64,000 bases of DNA from a virus (Duplodnaviria; Heunggongvirae; Uroviricota; Caudoviricetes), in the IMG/VR virus record IMGVR_UViG_3300020042_009419, positions 22,742 to 86,741 of that record; one strand, given 5' to 3'. Under the pieces are notes generated by a model that worked only from the letters and a program-made list of their open reading frames with translations, ran no database searches and was not told the origin of the DNA. Positions 52,898 through 62,672 of the stretch are shown piece after piece. The translations under genes were made by a program, and so were the position numbers. Position 1 is the stretch's first letter; every line of letters begins with the position of its first letter.

Positions 52898-54504
52898 AAG
52901 TTTCTCTTTTCTCTGCCCAGTGTGTCACGATCCATTTTTGGCTCGCGATTTGTTTTGGCTGCTCGAGCACCAGGCCCAGTCAGTCTTGGTGTATCAGAAA
53001 CAGCATCCAATTTTTTGTTGTCAGCGTCGGTTGAAGCAGTGGTTCCAAGATCAGCAGAAGTGTTAACATCAGTATCTTTGTTGCCGCCACCGTTGTAACT
53101 AAAACTCACACGACCAATTATACCAGTAGCAGAATACACTTTGGTGGCGTCTAGTCCCACAGTACCTTTAAAATCAGGAGGATACTTGCTGGTAAAACCG
53201 GTAACTGTATAGTTGTTGCTTTTTTCTGATCCGTTCAAGTGCAGTTGTATAATGGGACTTGAATTCAAAAACTTCAAGCAGGCTTCGCCAAACTTGGGGT
53301 CTGAGTTTACAGTTTTTGCCACACGACGAGCCAGCGCAGCCAGAGCATGATATCCCACATTGTAGCGTGGATTGTCAGTTTTGGCATTGATGTCACTCAT
53401 GAGATCTTGTATCTCAGGATTTTTACTGGTGCCGTTGGTCTTGACCAATTGTTTGATTTCTTGACCAGTTTCTTTGTCGATGATCCCTTGCTCTATTCCG
53501 TACGCAATAGGAAAGTCTAGAGCACTAATGGATCCAATTTTTTCAATAATTTCCACCTGCGGTGCATAGGTGTCCAGCAGTTTGGTCATGCCCTTGTTAC
53601 GTGCAGTGGTCACACCGTCAGATATGTTTTTAACTGATGCTGATGCGCCCTTCTCACCTTTGCTACTGATACCAATTTCCACACCACTTGGATGCAACAA
53701 GTAACTGTCAACTAGGCCGTTGTTTTTGTCTGCTGGAAAGTTGATCTCACTGCCAGCATATGACCCTTTGGGTCCAAGGATGTCTTTACGTGCAGCTTCG
53801 GCGCCAACACCCATGTTCATGCCCTGGACCAGGGCAATAGGGCCAATGGTCTCACCCAGGTCGTCTCGCACAGCAGTGGCCATGTCGCCCACATTGTCAA
53901 ATACTGGCAGAGCACCAGTCAACAATTGATCCATGCCTGGTCTTATTTTGTCAATGGTGGCTGATTGATCAGGTGTGGTTCCAGGTCGTGTGCCAATAGC
54001 AGCCACAGTATCTGCTGGAGTGGCAAAGGTTGAATTTGCCGGGAACAAGTCAGCAGGTTTGAGTTTGTAATATGCACCCTTCAAACTCACTGCTTTGTTG
54101 AGTTGCCAGCCACCGGGCAATTCAGAGTTCTTCCAAAAGCCGGCCATGTCAGGTTTGATTTCGTTAAAAAATCTACCAAAGTATGTTTTTTGTCCTGCTT
54201 CTGGACCATTGAATGTTAGGATTGCAAAAGCCTTGCTGGCCTGGGTGGGTTTGTTGCTCCAGATGATGCTGGGGTATTGTCGAAACAAATCTTGACCAGT
54301 CTGTGCCATTTCTTCATAGTTGGCATAGGCGCCAGGCATGCTGGGAAAATACTCAGCTTTGTCAAATGAGATCTCTGCTGTGGGGTTGTCTTTGGATCCT
54401 TGAAAAAAGGAATCTCCCAACTCGCGATATAACAATCCGCGACTTTTTTCAGTCAGCAGCACATTCTCGATTAAATTGATTAAGTCTCTCATTGTGTTTT
54501 CCAT
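52894..54504 (-). CDS. hypothetical protein (536 aa)
   Basis: Long minus-strand ORF. No recognised motifs. Confidence 0.4.
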   Translation of the reverse strand: MENTMRDLINLIENVLLTEKSRGLLYRELGDSFFQGSKDNPTAEISFDKAEYFPSMPGAYANYEEMAQTGQDLFRQYPSIIWSNKPTQASKAFAILTFNGPEAGQKTYFGRFFNEIKPDMAGFWKNSELPGGWQLNKAVSLKGAYYKLKPADLFPANSTFATPADTVAAIGTRPGTTPDQSATIDKIRPGMDQLLTGALPVFDNVGDMATAVRDDLGETIGPIALVQGMNMGVGAEAARKDILGPKGSYAGSEINFPADKNNGLVDSYLLHPSGVEIGISSKGEKGASASVKNISDGVTTARNKGMTKLLDTYAPQVEIIEKIGSISALDFPIAYGIEQGIIDKETGQEIKQLVKTNGTSKNPEIQDLMSDINAKTDNPRYNVGYHALAALARRVAKTVNSDPKFGEACLKFLNSSPIIQLHLNGSEKSNNYTVTGFTSKYPPDFKGTVGLDATKVYSATGIIGRVSFSYNGGGNKDTDVNTSADLGTTASTDADNKKLDAVSDTPRLTGPGARAAKTNREPKMDRDTLGREKRNL

Positions 54505-54558
54505 TGAAATATAGTATACTTATGCTGTTGATCGAACTTTATCTTTAAGAAAGCACCT

Positions 54559-55149
54559 ATGAATTTGATACCTATGGTTATTGAGCAAACCTCCAAGGGC
54601 GAGCGCAGTTTTGATATTTTCTCCCGCATGTTGAAGGATCGAGTGATTTTCATCAATGGCGGGATCAGCACAGAAATGAGCCATGTTATTGTGGCACAGA
54701 TGTTGTTTCTTGAAAGTGAAAACCCTGACAAAGATATCAGCCTGTACATCAACTCACCCGGAGGTGAAGTCACAGCCGGAATGGCCATCTATGACACAAT
54801 GCAGTTTATCAAGCCTGATGTGCAGACCATTGTGATGGGGCAGGCCTGCTCCATGGGCAGTTTGTTGGCACAGGCAGGTGCTCGAGGCAAGCGTGTGCTG
54901 TTGCCCATGGCACGACACATGATTCATCAGCCGTCGGGAGGCTCGCGTGGACAGGCCACAGACATGTTGATTCAGGTCACGGAGATTCTCAAAATGAAAC
55001 AGGTGCTGACCGAGATCTATGTCAAACACAATTCAGCAGGCAAGACCTTTGAGGAATTCACAGCTGACATGGAACGTGACAATTTCATGAGTGCGCAAGA
55101 AGCCGTAGATTACGGCCTGGCTGACAAGATCCTAGAAAAACGAACATAA
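54559..55149 (+). CDS. clpP: ATP-dependent Clp protease proteolytic subunit ClpP
   Basis: [31 protein letters not shown] and MIHQPSGG, near-identical to bacterial ClpP. Confidence 0.9.
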   Translation: MNLIPMVIEQTSKGERSFDIFSRMLKDRVIFINGGISTEMSHVIVAQMLFLESENPDKDISLYINSPGGEVTAGMAIYDTMQFIKPDVQTIVMGQACSMGSLLAQAGARGKRVLLPMARHMIHQPSGGSRGQATDMLIQVTEILKMKQVLTEIYVKHNSAGKTFEEFTADMERDNFMSAQEAVDYGLADKILEKRT

Positions 55150-55161
55150 TTTCTGGGTTGG

Positions 55162-55190
55162 TTGACCAATATTGCTCTTGATGTTATAAT
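55162..55190 (+). promoter_or_regulatory. repeated early-promoter module, copy 7
   Basis: TTGACC-17-TATAAT plus ACACACATACAGCAAAAGGAG. Confidence 0.55.
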
Positions 55191-55217
55191 ACACACATAC
55201 AGCAAAAGGAGCAGAGC

Positions 55218-55409
55218 ATGACGGTCACGCAAGCAATCTCAATCTGTGAACAGTATCGCATTGATCACAGCGTGGGTGGATTTCTACTAGAATCTCTGGA
55301 ATCTATGCTGGCCGCAAAACAGCGCAACGAACTCACTGCTGAACAGCGAGTGGCACTGCAAACAGTCATGAACAAAGGCATGAGTCTGATTGCAAAGGCC
55401 GAACAATGA
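55218..55409 (+). CDS. hypothetical protein
   Basis: 63 aa, driven by module copy 7. Confidence 0.4.
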   Translation: MTVTQAISICEQYRIDHSVGGFLLESLESMLAAKQRNELTAEQRVALQTVMNKGMSLIAKAEQ

Positions 55410-55756
55410 AATGGTTTGCTGAAACAACCGAATGGTCCGGTGACACGGCTCCCAACCATGTGTACCTGATGGACGATGCCAAGAGCAAGATGTATGCTTA
55501 TGTTCCTTTTGGCAAGGGAAAGACTGTGACCTTCCGCAAGGCCATTCGCATTGAAGTTCGCGGGCGCAAGTTCAAACTAAATCCTGTGCAGTACGAAACC
55601 ACAGTGACGGCACCCGAACCCGAAGGGCGTGTTTGGGAAGTGCAAGGCAGCAAAGGTGATGTGTACAAGGTCACCGAACTGCGCGGTGAGTATTCTTGCA
55701 CCTGCTCAGGATTTCGATTCCGCGGTGACTGCAAGCATGTCAAGAACGTGAAATGA
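55406..55756 (+). CDS. SWIM-type zinc-finger protein
   Basis: C-terminal CTCSGFRFRGDCKH (CxCxnCxH). ATGA-coupled. Confidence 0.45.
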   Translation: MKWFAETTEWSGDTAPNHVYLMDDAKSKMYAYVPFGKGKTVTFRKAIRIEVRGRKFKLNPVQYETTVTAPEPEGRVWEVQGSKGDVYKVTELRGEYSCTCSGFRFRGDCKHVKNVK

Positions 55757-55872
55757 TTTCATACTATATCTTTTGTGCCTGGGTTGGTGTGTATGCGTTT
55801 GCCATAGTGGGTGGTCTGATCATAACCTTGTGCATCCGCACCTGGGGAACCTACAGCGTATAAAGTCACAAG

Positions 55873-55900
55873 AAAGCCCCTTTCGGGGCTTTCATTTTTT
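55873..55900 (+). terminator. rho-independent terminator (possibly bidirectional)
   Basis: AAAGCCCC-tttc-GGGGCTTT followed by CATTTTTT. Confidence 0.5.
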
Positions 55901-56126
55901 ACGCTTGGTCTACAAACTTCTTGAGTTCTTCGGCCTTGGCCACAATATCCGTACTGGACGGAAAACTTGGCAAGATTGGGTAAACCACTGCTCCTCGATT
56001 GGCATCAGTTAACTTTGAGTGATACTCATCGGTTAATGCCTGGCGAGTTTGGAAAATTGGCGTTTGAAGAATTTCGTTGGCCATTTTGAGAAGTTCGAGA
56101 CGAATCTCGTAAGGTGTTTTGCTCAT
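55899..56126 (-). CDS. hypothetical protein
   Basis: 75-aa ORF on the minus strand. Confidence 0.35.
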   Translation of the reverse strand: MSKTPYEIRLELLKMANEILQTPIFQTRQALTDEYHSKLTDANRGAVVYPILPSFPSSTDIVAKAEELKKFVDQA

Positions 56127-56198
56127 GTTTTTCTCCTGTGTATGTGTGTGTAATCTGCCAACTGCCCTATGCTTTTGGCAGAATGCTACACGAGCCTA

Positions 56199-56633
56199 TT
56201 ACTTATAGATGTAGTTGATGGTGTTGGAATTTTCTCTCAATTCACTAGCACCATTCTTGAGATGGAAACGTCGAGCCATTGGGGTCTTGGGACTTAGAGT
56301 CACATAGGTCTGGATTTCGGGAAACTCAGATCTAATAGACTGTTGTGCTTCTTGAATCAGGCTGCGACCAGCACCAGCGGTGTAACTCCAGATGGTGTAG
56401 AACACAGCAATGGTTGCACTCTCCACAATGTTGACCATGTCTTCCACAGCAGCAGGAATAACAGACAAGAACTTCACACAGGTCACTGCTTGAGTTTGGT
56501 CACCACTCTTGAGCATGTAGATTCTGCTATTGGCATTGACTCGGTCGGTCACTGGAATTTCTGGTCGTACAGGGTCGTCCAGAATCAGCTGGTTCAAGTC
56601 TTCGGTAATTGTGGTAATGGTGTGTAGTAACAT
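56199..56633 (-). CDS. GNAT-like acetyltransferase (putative)
   Basis: AVFYTIWSYTAGAGRSLI resembles the acetyl-CoA-binding motif A. Confidence 0.4.
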   Translation of the reverse strand: MLLHTITTITEDLNQLILDDPVRPEIPVTDRVNANSRIYMLKSGDQTQAVTCVKFLSVIPAAVEDMVNIVESATIAVFYTIWSYTAGAGRSLIQEAQQSIRSEFPEIQTYVTLSPKTPMARRFHLKNGASELRENSNTINYIYK

Positions 56634-56817
56634 AATCTATGCCGTTCGTTATGTGCAGCTATTTACCTTTGACGTCAGATCAGACAATTTTATCAGAACA
56701 CTAGATTATGGCAACATGATCGTCCAAACATGCTTGATTATATCGCACACATGCGTTATACTATGATCATGCTGTGACGCAAACAGCTAATTTAACTTAC
56801 TTTGAAAGGTAACAATT

Positions 56818-57084
56818 ATGCGCTTTAATCCAGAAACTAAAACCTACAAACTCTTCTCCGCTCTCAATGCAGGCGAGAAAGTATCCGCCAGTGTTGCTTC
56901 CAAGCGTTTTGGCATCAAGAACATTTCCGCCGAAGTGTCACGTATCCGTCAAGCCGGCTTTGCTGTTTACGGTAATCAGCGTGTGGCTGGCAACGGTGTC
57001 AAGGTTACAGAATATGTAATCGGCAAGCCAAGCCGCAAGATCGTGGCTGCTGGCTACAAGGCCATGGCACTTGGTTTGGTGTAA
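56818..57084 (+). CDS. small winged-helix-like DNA-binding protein (putative)
   Basis: KLFSALNAGEKVSASVASKRFGIKNISAEVSRIRQAG. Confidence 0.4.
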   Translation: MRFNPETKTYKLFSALNAGEKVSASVASKRFGIKNISAEVSRIRQAGFAVYGNQRVAGNGVKVTEYVIGKPSRKIVAAGYKAMALGLV

Positions 57085-57128
57085 TTCAAACTCGCTGTCC
57101 GATTCAGACCGGACACTAGGTAAACAAA

Positions 57129-57150
57129 GCCCGTGCAATGCGGGCTTTTG
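57129..57150 (+). terminator. rho-independent terminator
   Basis: AGCCCG-tgcaatg-CGGGCT followed by TTTTGCTTG. Confidence 0.55.
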
Positions 57151-57151
57151 C

Positions 57152-57180
57152 TTGACTGATATTGACTTTTGTAGTATAAT
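57152..57180 (+). promoter_or_regulatory. sigma70-type promoter (TTGACT-17-TATAAT) with an ATG 6 nt downstream (leaderless)
   Basis: Read directly from the sequence. Confidence 0.45.
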
Positions 57181-57186
57181 GTACAC

Positions 57187-57639
57187 ATGCTAAAAAACTT
57201 ATTCAAACGCCTGGGCCGATACCGTGTGATCATGGATCGAGTAGATGGTGAACCTTACCTGGAACGCTACTATGTGTTTCTTCGAGACCGCTCATGGTTC
57301 CCCTTCAACATCTTTGTTCACAAGTTTCTCAAGAGTGATCCTGATGATGTGCATGACCATCCGTGGCCGTTTGCCACATTAATTCTTCGAGGTGGATACT
57401 GGGAATGGCGTCCCTTGTTTGACGCTCAAGGTCGTCGCCAAGGTGAAACAGCCCGTTGGTGTGGTGCAGGAAGTTTTCGCACAGCACGGGCCAACACTTA
57501 CCATCGTATTGAGCTGGATCCTGACGTCACCTGCTGGACCTTGTTCATGCCCGGTGCCAAGCAACGTGACTGGGGATTCCTTGTAAAAAACAAGTGGGTG
57601 CAGTGGGAACAATATTTAATTCAAAGGAAAACAACATGA
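57187..57639 (+). CDS. hypothetical protein
   Basis: 150-aa ORF. Confidence 0.4.
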   Translation: MLKNLFKRLGRYRVIMDRVDGEPYLERYYVFLRDRSWFPFNIFVHKFLKSDPDDVHDHPWPFATLILRGGYWEWRPLFDAQGRRQGETARWCGAGSFRTARANTYHRIELDPDVTCWTLFMPGAKQRDWGFLVKNKWVQWEQYLIQRKTT

Positions 57640-57959
57640 AATGGTTCAAACGCATGATCGTTCGTTGGGTGCGGGAAGATTGGGACAAAGCAGGTACTTC
57701 TGAGGACTCTGCGGTGGCGTATCCAGTGCCCACAGGAAAACGTCGAAACAATCTAATTGGTCTAGTCAGCGATGACGTGGAAAGCGATGCCGGACTCAAT
57801 ATCACAGTGCGCAAGGCCATTGGTGGCAAAATCATAACGTTCAGGCACTATGACGCCAAAACAGATCGCAGCAGCAACAAATTGTACATTGTGCCTGATG
57901 AACTGGATTTTGAACGTGAACTGGGCAAGATGATCACGCTGGAAAGCATGCGAGGCTGA
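57636..57959 (+). CDS. hypothetical protein
   Basis: ATGA-coupled. RBS AAAGGAAAA. Confidence 0.4.
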   Translation: MKWFKRMIVRWVREDWDKAGTSEDSAVAYPVPTGKRRNNLIGLVSDDVESDAGLNITVRKAIGGKIITFRHYDAKTDRSSNKLYIVPDELDFERELGKMITLESMRG

Positions 57960-57972
57960 AAGTAAATACATT

Positions 57973-58368
57973 ATGGAAACTATTGTTGATTTTACCCAAT
58001 GGGTACTCTGGATTGCCTGTGCTGTTGTCTTGGCTACCATGCTGGCGGAAATGGTACTAAAAACATATCTCCTGATAAAAATAAAAAAGTATCAGACTGA
58101 ACTGCAACCAGTGTTGGACGTGATGGAACGTGCTGTTGCTGGCCAACTAATCCTGCTCACTGTAGAAGTTGACCACAACCAGTATCTGTGCTATAATGCA
58201 CTGACCCAGGAATTTGTGTGTCAAGGTATTGATGTAACCGAAATAGTTCAACGCTTCAGAGCCAGATTCCCGGACAAGTCATTGACAATATTCAATGGTG
58301 ATGACACAGCAGTGACAACACTACAACAACAATCTAGAGCACAACATGAAAATCTCAATTTGCAGTGA
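57973..58368 (+). CDS. membrane-anchored hypothetical protein
   Basis: N-terminal TM helix WVLWIACAVVLATMLA. Confidence 0.4.
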   Translation: METIVDFTQWVLWIACAVVLATMLAEMVLKTYLLIKIKKYQTELQPVLDVMERAVAGQLILLTVEVDHNQYLCYNALTQEFVCQGIDVTEIVQRFRARFPDKSLTIFNGDDTAVTTLQQQSRAQHENLNLQ

Positions 58369-59200
58369 CCTCCATTTGGAGTTTGGTGACCTTGACTTTG
58401 ACAACACAGAGTCAGCACAGGTTCTGGTTCTCTCCGGCGATATCTGTGTGGCCCGAGACATGGTTGCACATGACAGTGTTGAAGTGCCGGGCATAGATGG
58501 CCGCAGCGGTCGCTATCACAAATTCTTCCAACGTTGTTCAGAGCGTTTTGAGCATGTGGTGTACATTGCCGGCAATCATGAGCACTACAATCATGACTTT
58601 GCAAAAACTATTCCACGTTTGAAGGATGTGTTGAGCCACTTGCCCAACCTGCATGTGATGGAAAAAGATTTGCTTGATATTGGCGACATCACGTTCCTGG
58701 CTGGCACATTATGGACAGACATGAACCGCGAAGATCCCAGTACCTTGTACAGTATTCGCAACTACATGAACGACTTTCGTTGCATCACCAACAGCGCCAA
58801 AGAAACCCACTTTCGTGATCAGGATGGCAACTTTCAAACTCGCGTGTCCAGGTTCACGCCTGAAGACACTGTGGAAGAACACAAGGCCATGCTGGCATTT
58901 GTGAACACCGCCATCACAGCCAGACCTGATCGGCAGTACGTGGTTGTGGGGCATCACAGTCCCAGCAAGCTCAGTACCAAGCCACAGTACGAGGACGATC
59001 AACTGGTGAATGGTGCATACAGCAGTGACCTGAGTGAGTTTATTCTTGATCATCCGCAGATTTGTCTGTGGACACATGGACACACTCATCATGAATTTGA
59101 CTACCTGGTTGGTACCACTCGAATTGTTTGCAACCCACGTGGCTATGTCGGCTATGAGTCGCAGGCCACTGACTGGCGATTGCTAACAGTTGAGGTATGA
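58346..59200 (+). CDS. metallophosphoesterase (calcineurin-like)
   Basis: ICSDLHLEFGD, VLSGDI and IAGNHEHY. Confidence 0.65.
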   Translation: MKISICSDLHLEFGDLDFDNTESAQVLVLSGDICVARDMVAHDSVEVPGIDGRSGRYHKFFQRCSERFEHVVYIAGNHEHYNHDFAKTIPRLKDVLSHLPNLHVMEKDLLDIGDITFLAGTLWTDMNREDPSTLYSIRNYMNDFRCITNSAKETHFRDQDGNFQTRVSRFTPEDTVEEHKAMLAFVNTAITARPDRQYVVVGHHSPSKLSTKPQYEDDQLVNGAYSSDLSEFILDHPQICLWTHGHTHHEFDYLVGTTRIVCNPRGYVGYESQATDWRLLTVEV

Positions 59201-59391
59201 CAGAAATGTCTCTGACTCGGGAACAAGTGCAACAGCTGGCAACATTTTTTGCTCTGGATCAAGGTATTCACGGTGTGACCATAGTCGAAAGCTACGACAC
59301 CGGTATTGGAACCAGCCATCGCGCCACGTTCCACAAGACTGAAGTGGCACGTGATTTTGAAGCAGACATTACTGATAACTCAAACTGGTAA
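59197..59391 (+). CDS. hypothetical protein
   Basis: ATGA-coupled. Confidence 0.35.
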   Translation: MTEMSLTREQVQQLATFFALDQGIHGVTIVESYDTGIGTSHRATFHKTEVARDFEADITDNSNW

Positions 59392-59398
59392 GGAACCT

Positions 59399-59578
59399 AT
59401 GACTGAACTTGAAACTTTGTTGAAAACACATGACTGGGGTCATGCAGGATACGTTGCTCGCCCTGCGCTGGATCAAGCCATGCGAGCCACGGCCGGTGCA
59501 GAAGCTGCTGCACTGTGGGAAAAATACTGTCCTTGGAGCATGACCAATGGCGGATACATTGTCTGGAGCAAACAATGA
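59399..59578 (+). CDS. hypothetical protein (59 aa)
   Basis: RBS AAGGAA, then the ATG at 59399. Confidence 0.35.
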   Translation: MTELETLLKTHDWGHAGYVARPALDQAMRATAGAEAAALWEKYCPWSMTNGGYIVWSKQ

Positions 59579-60282
59579 AAGTTTACATTAGCAAATATCG
59601 AAATCACTGGATCTCACCTTACACAATCTTGGACTATGCGTTCTTCTGGACTGACTGGTCAAAGCACAGTCGTGACAAAAGCATTCGTGGACTTGACACA
59701 AAATATATTGAGCATCCCGACTGGGTGGAACGCTGGAGTGATCGACTAGAACCTGTCAGTAAAGGTATCATGTGGGTGTTGGATCGTGTGCATCCGCCCA
59801 TCAACTACATCAAGATTGATCACTATGACACCTGGAGCATGGATTCGACTCTAAGCCCTGTCATCTTGCCCATGCTCAAACAACTCAAGGCGGTCAAGCA
59901 TGGTAGTCCACATGTGGACGATGAGGATGTGCCCGAAAATCTGCGCAGCACCGCAGCACCGGCCAAAGAAAACGACTGGGACACAGATGGCAATCACTTT
60001 GCTCGTTGGGACTGGGTCATGGACGAAATGATCTTTGCATTTGATTGCAAGGTAGATGACTCCTGGGAAGAGGCTTTCCGTTCAGGAGATCATGACATCA
60101 CATGGATTCCCGTAGATGCTGACGGCAATCAAGTGCCCAAGGGCGAGCACAAGTATTACCAGATGGACAAGGGCCCCCGGGACACCTACCAGTGTGACTA
60201 TGCGGGTTTGGAAGCGGTAGAAAAGCGTATTCAAAATGGGCTTCGATTGTTTGGAAAATATTTCAGCGCACTCTGGGACTGA
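59575..60282 (+). CDS. hypothetical protein
   Basis: ATGA-coupled. Confidence 0.4.
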   Translation: MKVYISKYRNHWISPYTILDYAFFWTDWSKHSRDKSIRGLDTKYIEHPDWVERWSDRLEPVSKGIMWVLDRVHPPINYIKIDHYDTWSMDSTLSPVILPMLKQLKAVKHGSPHVDDEDVPENLRSTAAPAKENDWDTDGNHFARWDWVMDEMIFAFDCKVDDSWEEAFRSGDHDITWIPVDADGNQVPKGEHKYYQMDKGPRDTYQCDYAGLEAVEKRIQNGLRLFGKYFSALWD

Positions 60283-60321
60283 TCCAGACACCGCCGACTG
60301 TTCAACAACTCAAAGGACTCA

Positions 60322-60564
60322 ATGTTCACTCAAATGGCTCAGCAACTGTTACGACGTCACGAACCCAGTGCAGAACCCAACTCGATTGATCTAGACAGCT
60401 ATCTAGACTGGCAACGCAATCACACATTTGAGGCCCTACAAAACATACGTTATGGACAGAGTTTTTGCAATCACTTTGACATCACTGACAATCGCATTTT
60501 CTATGAACGTGACTGGGCTCGCTGTGACAAACTGATTCGAAAAGAATGGCTGAGCCGTCCCTAA
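60322..60564 (+). CDS. hypothetical protein
   Basis: 80-aa ORF. Confidence 0.35.
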   Translation: MFTQMAQQLLRRHEPSAEPNSIDLDSYLDWQRNHTFEALQNIRYGQSFCNHFDITDNRIFYERDWARCDKLIRKEWLSRP

Positions 60565-60773
60565 ACAGAGTTACTATAAAAAATGCCACAGCTGATGATG
60601 CAATCAGGCTCAAGTATCAGCTGGTGCAAGATGGACTGATTCCGGGGCAGGATTTTTCTTGGTCCTGGGTGAGATTACAGGATCCCAACGATTTATATCC
60701 TGTGGTACGAGTGGCGTATTTTGATTTTGTGAATCCTGTGTTGGCCACATTTTACCAGCTCAAGTGGACATGA
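60546..60773 (+). CDS. hypothetical protein
   Basis: 75-aa ORF. Confidence 0.35.
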   Translation: MAEPSLNRVTIKNATADDAIRLKYQLVQDGLIPGQDFSWSWVRLQDPNDLYPVVRVAYFDFVNPVLATFYQLKWT

Positions 60774-60788
60774 ACATAATTAATTGTA

Positions 60789-61025
60789 ATGCAAATTGAA
60801 CTAACAGGGCCCATAACAGAGAGTCGTGAGCGCAAGAGCTTTGAGTACTCCTGTGAGATCAACAAAAAGCTGGGCACTCTGGATCGCATGCTGAACTGGT
60901 GCAGGACTGAACTACTACACGACTGGCGATGGGAACTGGTGGGTTCGGGCGATGATCAGTGGCACTATATTTTCTATTTTGACACCGAACGCGATCTGTT
61001 TGCGTTCACTCTACAATGGCAATAA
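60789..61025 (+). CDS. hypothetical protein
   Basis: 78-aa ORF. Confidence 0.35.
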   Translation: MQIELTGPITESRERKSFEYSCEINKKLGTLDRMLNWCRTELLHDWRWELVGSGDDQWHYIFYFDTERDLFAFTLQWQ

Positions 61026-61026
61026 C

Positions 61027-61302
61027 ATGAGCACAGAACAAGACAAATTTGACCACAGCCGCAGAAGGCTAAAAGATGACAATGCTGTAAAAAAGCAGAC
61101 CCGAATTGCCAAAGGATTTGGTCTACCAGTTGACGAGCCGCACAAGTTTGCCAAACGTCATGCTATGAATTGTGGCAATCCAAAGTGTCATATGTGTGCT
61201 AATCCTCGTAAAATTTTCAACGAACCAACACAGCAAGAAAAGCGACTGTTCCAGGATCTGGATCAGGTTCGCGGAACACCACCCACAGAAACCGAACAGT
61301 AA
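61027..61302 (+). CDS. zinc-ribbon-like hypothetical protein
   Basis: CGNPKCHMC. Confidence 0.35.
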   Translation: MSTEQDKFDHSRRRLKDDNAVKKQTRIAKGFGLPVDEPHKFAKRHAMNCGNPKCHMCANPRKIFNEPTQQEKRLFQDLDQVRGTPPTETEQ

Positions 61303-61366
61303 TCAGGTTGACTTTTATTTGCCATGATGCTACAATCAAGCGTATGACAAACACCGGAGCAGATCA

Positions 61367-61705
61367 ATGAGCGACGAACGTAAGGGCATCTTTGCTGTGA
61401 TGTGGGACTGTAATGGTCTAGAAGCAGTGCAGGCAGTTCCGTACCCTGCAGACACTACCTTTGCCTTGCTCAAAGGCGACCAGCCGCCAGCCTTTCCCAA
61501 ACTCATGCACTGGACATTGCGGGCTCGTTTCAACAGCCACCGCCACTACGAAATCTACATAATCACTGCCACCCCCGGCATTACAGAAGATGATGTTCGA
61601 GACATGTTTGACGCTGATCCGCAGACCGCAGCAGACACCATTCGACGCATAGGTCAAAAGTACTACAGTGATCGCAGCGAACCTGGTCGCATAGCAATCA
61701 CCTAA
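61367..61705 (+). CDS. hypothetical protein
   Basis: 112-aa ORF. Confidence 0.35.
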   Translation: MSDERKGIFAVMWDCNGLEAVQAVPYPADTTFALLKGDQPPAFPKLMHWTLRARFNSHRHYEIYIITATPGITEDDVRDMFDADPQTAADTIRRIGQKYYSDRSEPGRIAIT

Positions 61706-61723
61706 TAATTGAAAGAAGTTAAA

Positions 61724-62491
61724 ATGAATAAAACAAACCATCAAGCTCTTGATATTGAGCTACAACGGCAACGCTATGGCGAGAACTCTGAGTTACTCCG
61801 GGGCCTGGGCTATAACACTGACGTCATGAATATTCGACGCATGTCCAAAGATGTTGCAACTGGCGATACTTGGCGTTACATGGAGTCCAAGGACCTTGAG
61901 GATCTCAAAGATTGTGTCACTGACTATGACTTGTATGACTGGGTTGTCAACACACAACTTGATCCTGCCTTGTTGGAAACAGGACTGATGCTGGAGTTTG
62001 GTACAGCAACTGGTCGCACACTGAATCAGTTTGCACATTGGTTGCCGCATAAAACCATCTATGGCTTCGATGGTTGGCAAGGTTTACCTGAGAAGTTTAA
62101 TGACTTATCAGCAGGCCACTTTGCACAGGAGTTACCGGCGGTGCTGGCAAACTGTGAATTGGTGCAAGGTTGGTTTGGCACAAGACCCACACAAGATCAA
62201 TCCAGCATTGCAGAAAACACAGCACAAAATTTTGCAAACTCACACAAAGAACCTATTGTGTTGTTGCACCTGGATGCTGACTTGTACTCTAGCACAAAAA
62301 CAGTGCTGGATGCGTTTGCAAAACAAATTGTGCCTGGCACAGTGATTTTGTTCAATGAGTACTGGAACCATCCCACCTGGAAGAAGCATGAGTTCCGGGC
62401 CTGGCAAGAGCATGTGGCACAACACCATGTTCGATATGAATACATTGGATACGCAAGTGACCACCAGGAAGTGGCCATAAGAGTGTTGTAA
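61724..62491 (+). CDS. SAM-dependent O-methyltransferase, macrocin-O-methyltransferase (TylF) family
   Basis: LEFGTATGRTL...IYGFDGWQGLPE matches the TylF-type E.G...G...F/YxFDSFEGLP signature. Confidence 0.6.
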   Translation: MNKTNHQALDIELQRQRYGENSELLRGLGYNTDVMNIRRMSKDVATGDTWRYMESKDLEDLKDCVTDYDLYDWVVNTQLDPALLETGLMLEFGTATGRTLNQFAHWLPHKTIYGFDGWQGLPEKFNDLSAGHFAQELPAVLANCELVQGWFGTRPTQDQSSIAENTAQNFANSHKEPIVLLHLDADLYSSTKTVLDAFAKQIVPGTVILFNEYWNHPTWKKHEFRAWQEHVAQHHVRYEYIGYASDHQEVAIRVL

Positions 62492-62504
62492 AATCACAAC
62501 AATA

Positions 62505-62531
62505 ATCCGCATTTGATGCGGATTTTTCTTT
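62505..62531 (+). terminator. rho-independent terminator
   Basis: ATCCGCAT-ttg-ATGCGGAT followed by TTTTTCTTT. Confidence 0.55.
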
Positions 62532-62672
62532 AAGAGACTTGACTAAAAATCTATTGTGTAGTACACTTGACACAAGTTAAGAAATTAACTTATTTTATTA
62601 GCTAGTGATAAAAATGGTGCTAGTGACAATTTGGTCGCTCGTGCTATATTCGCTACCAATTAAGGAACTATC

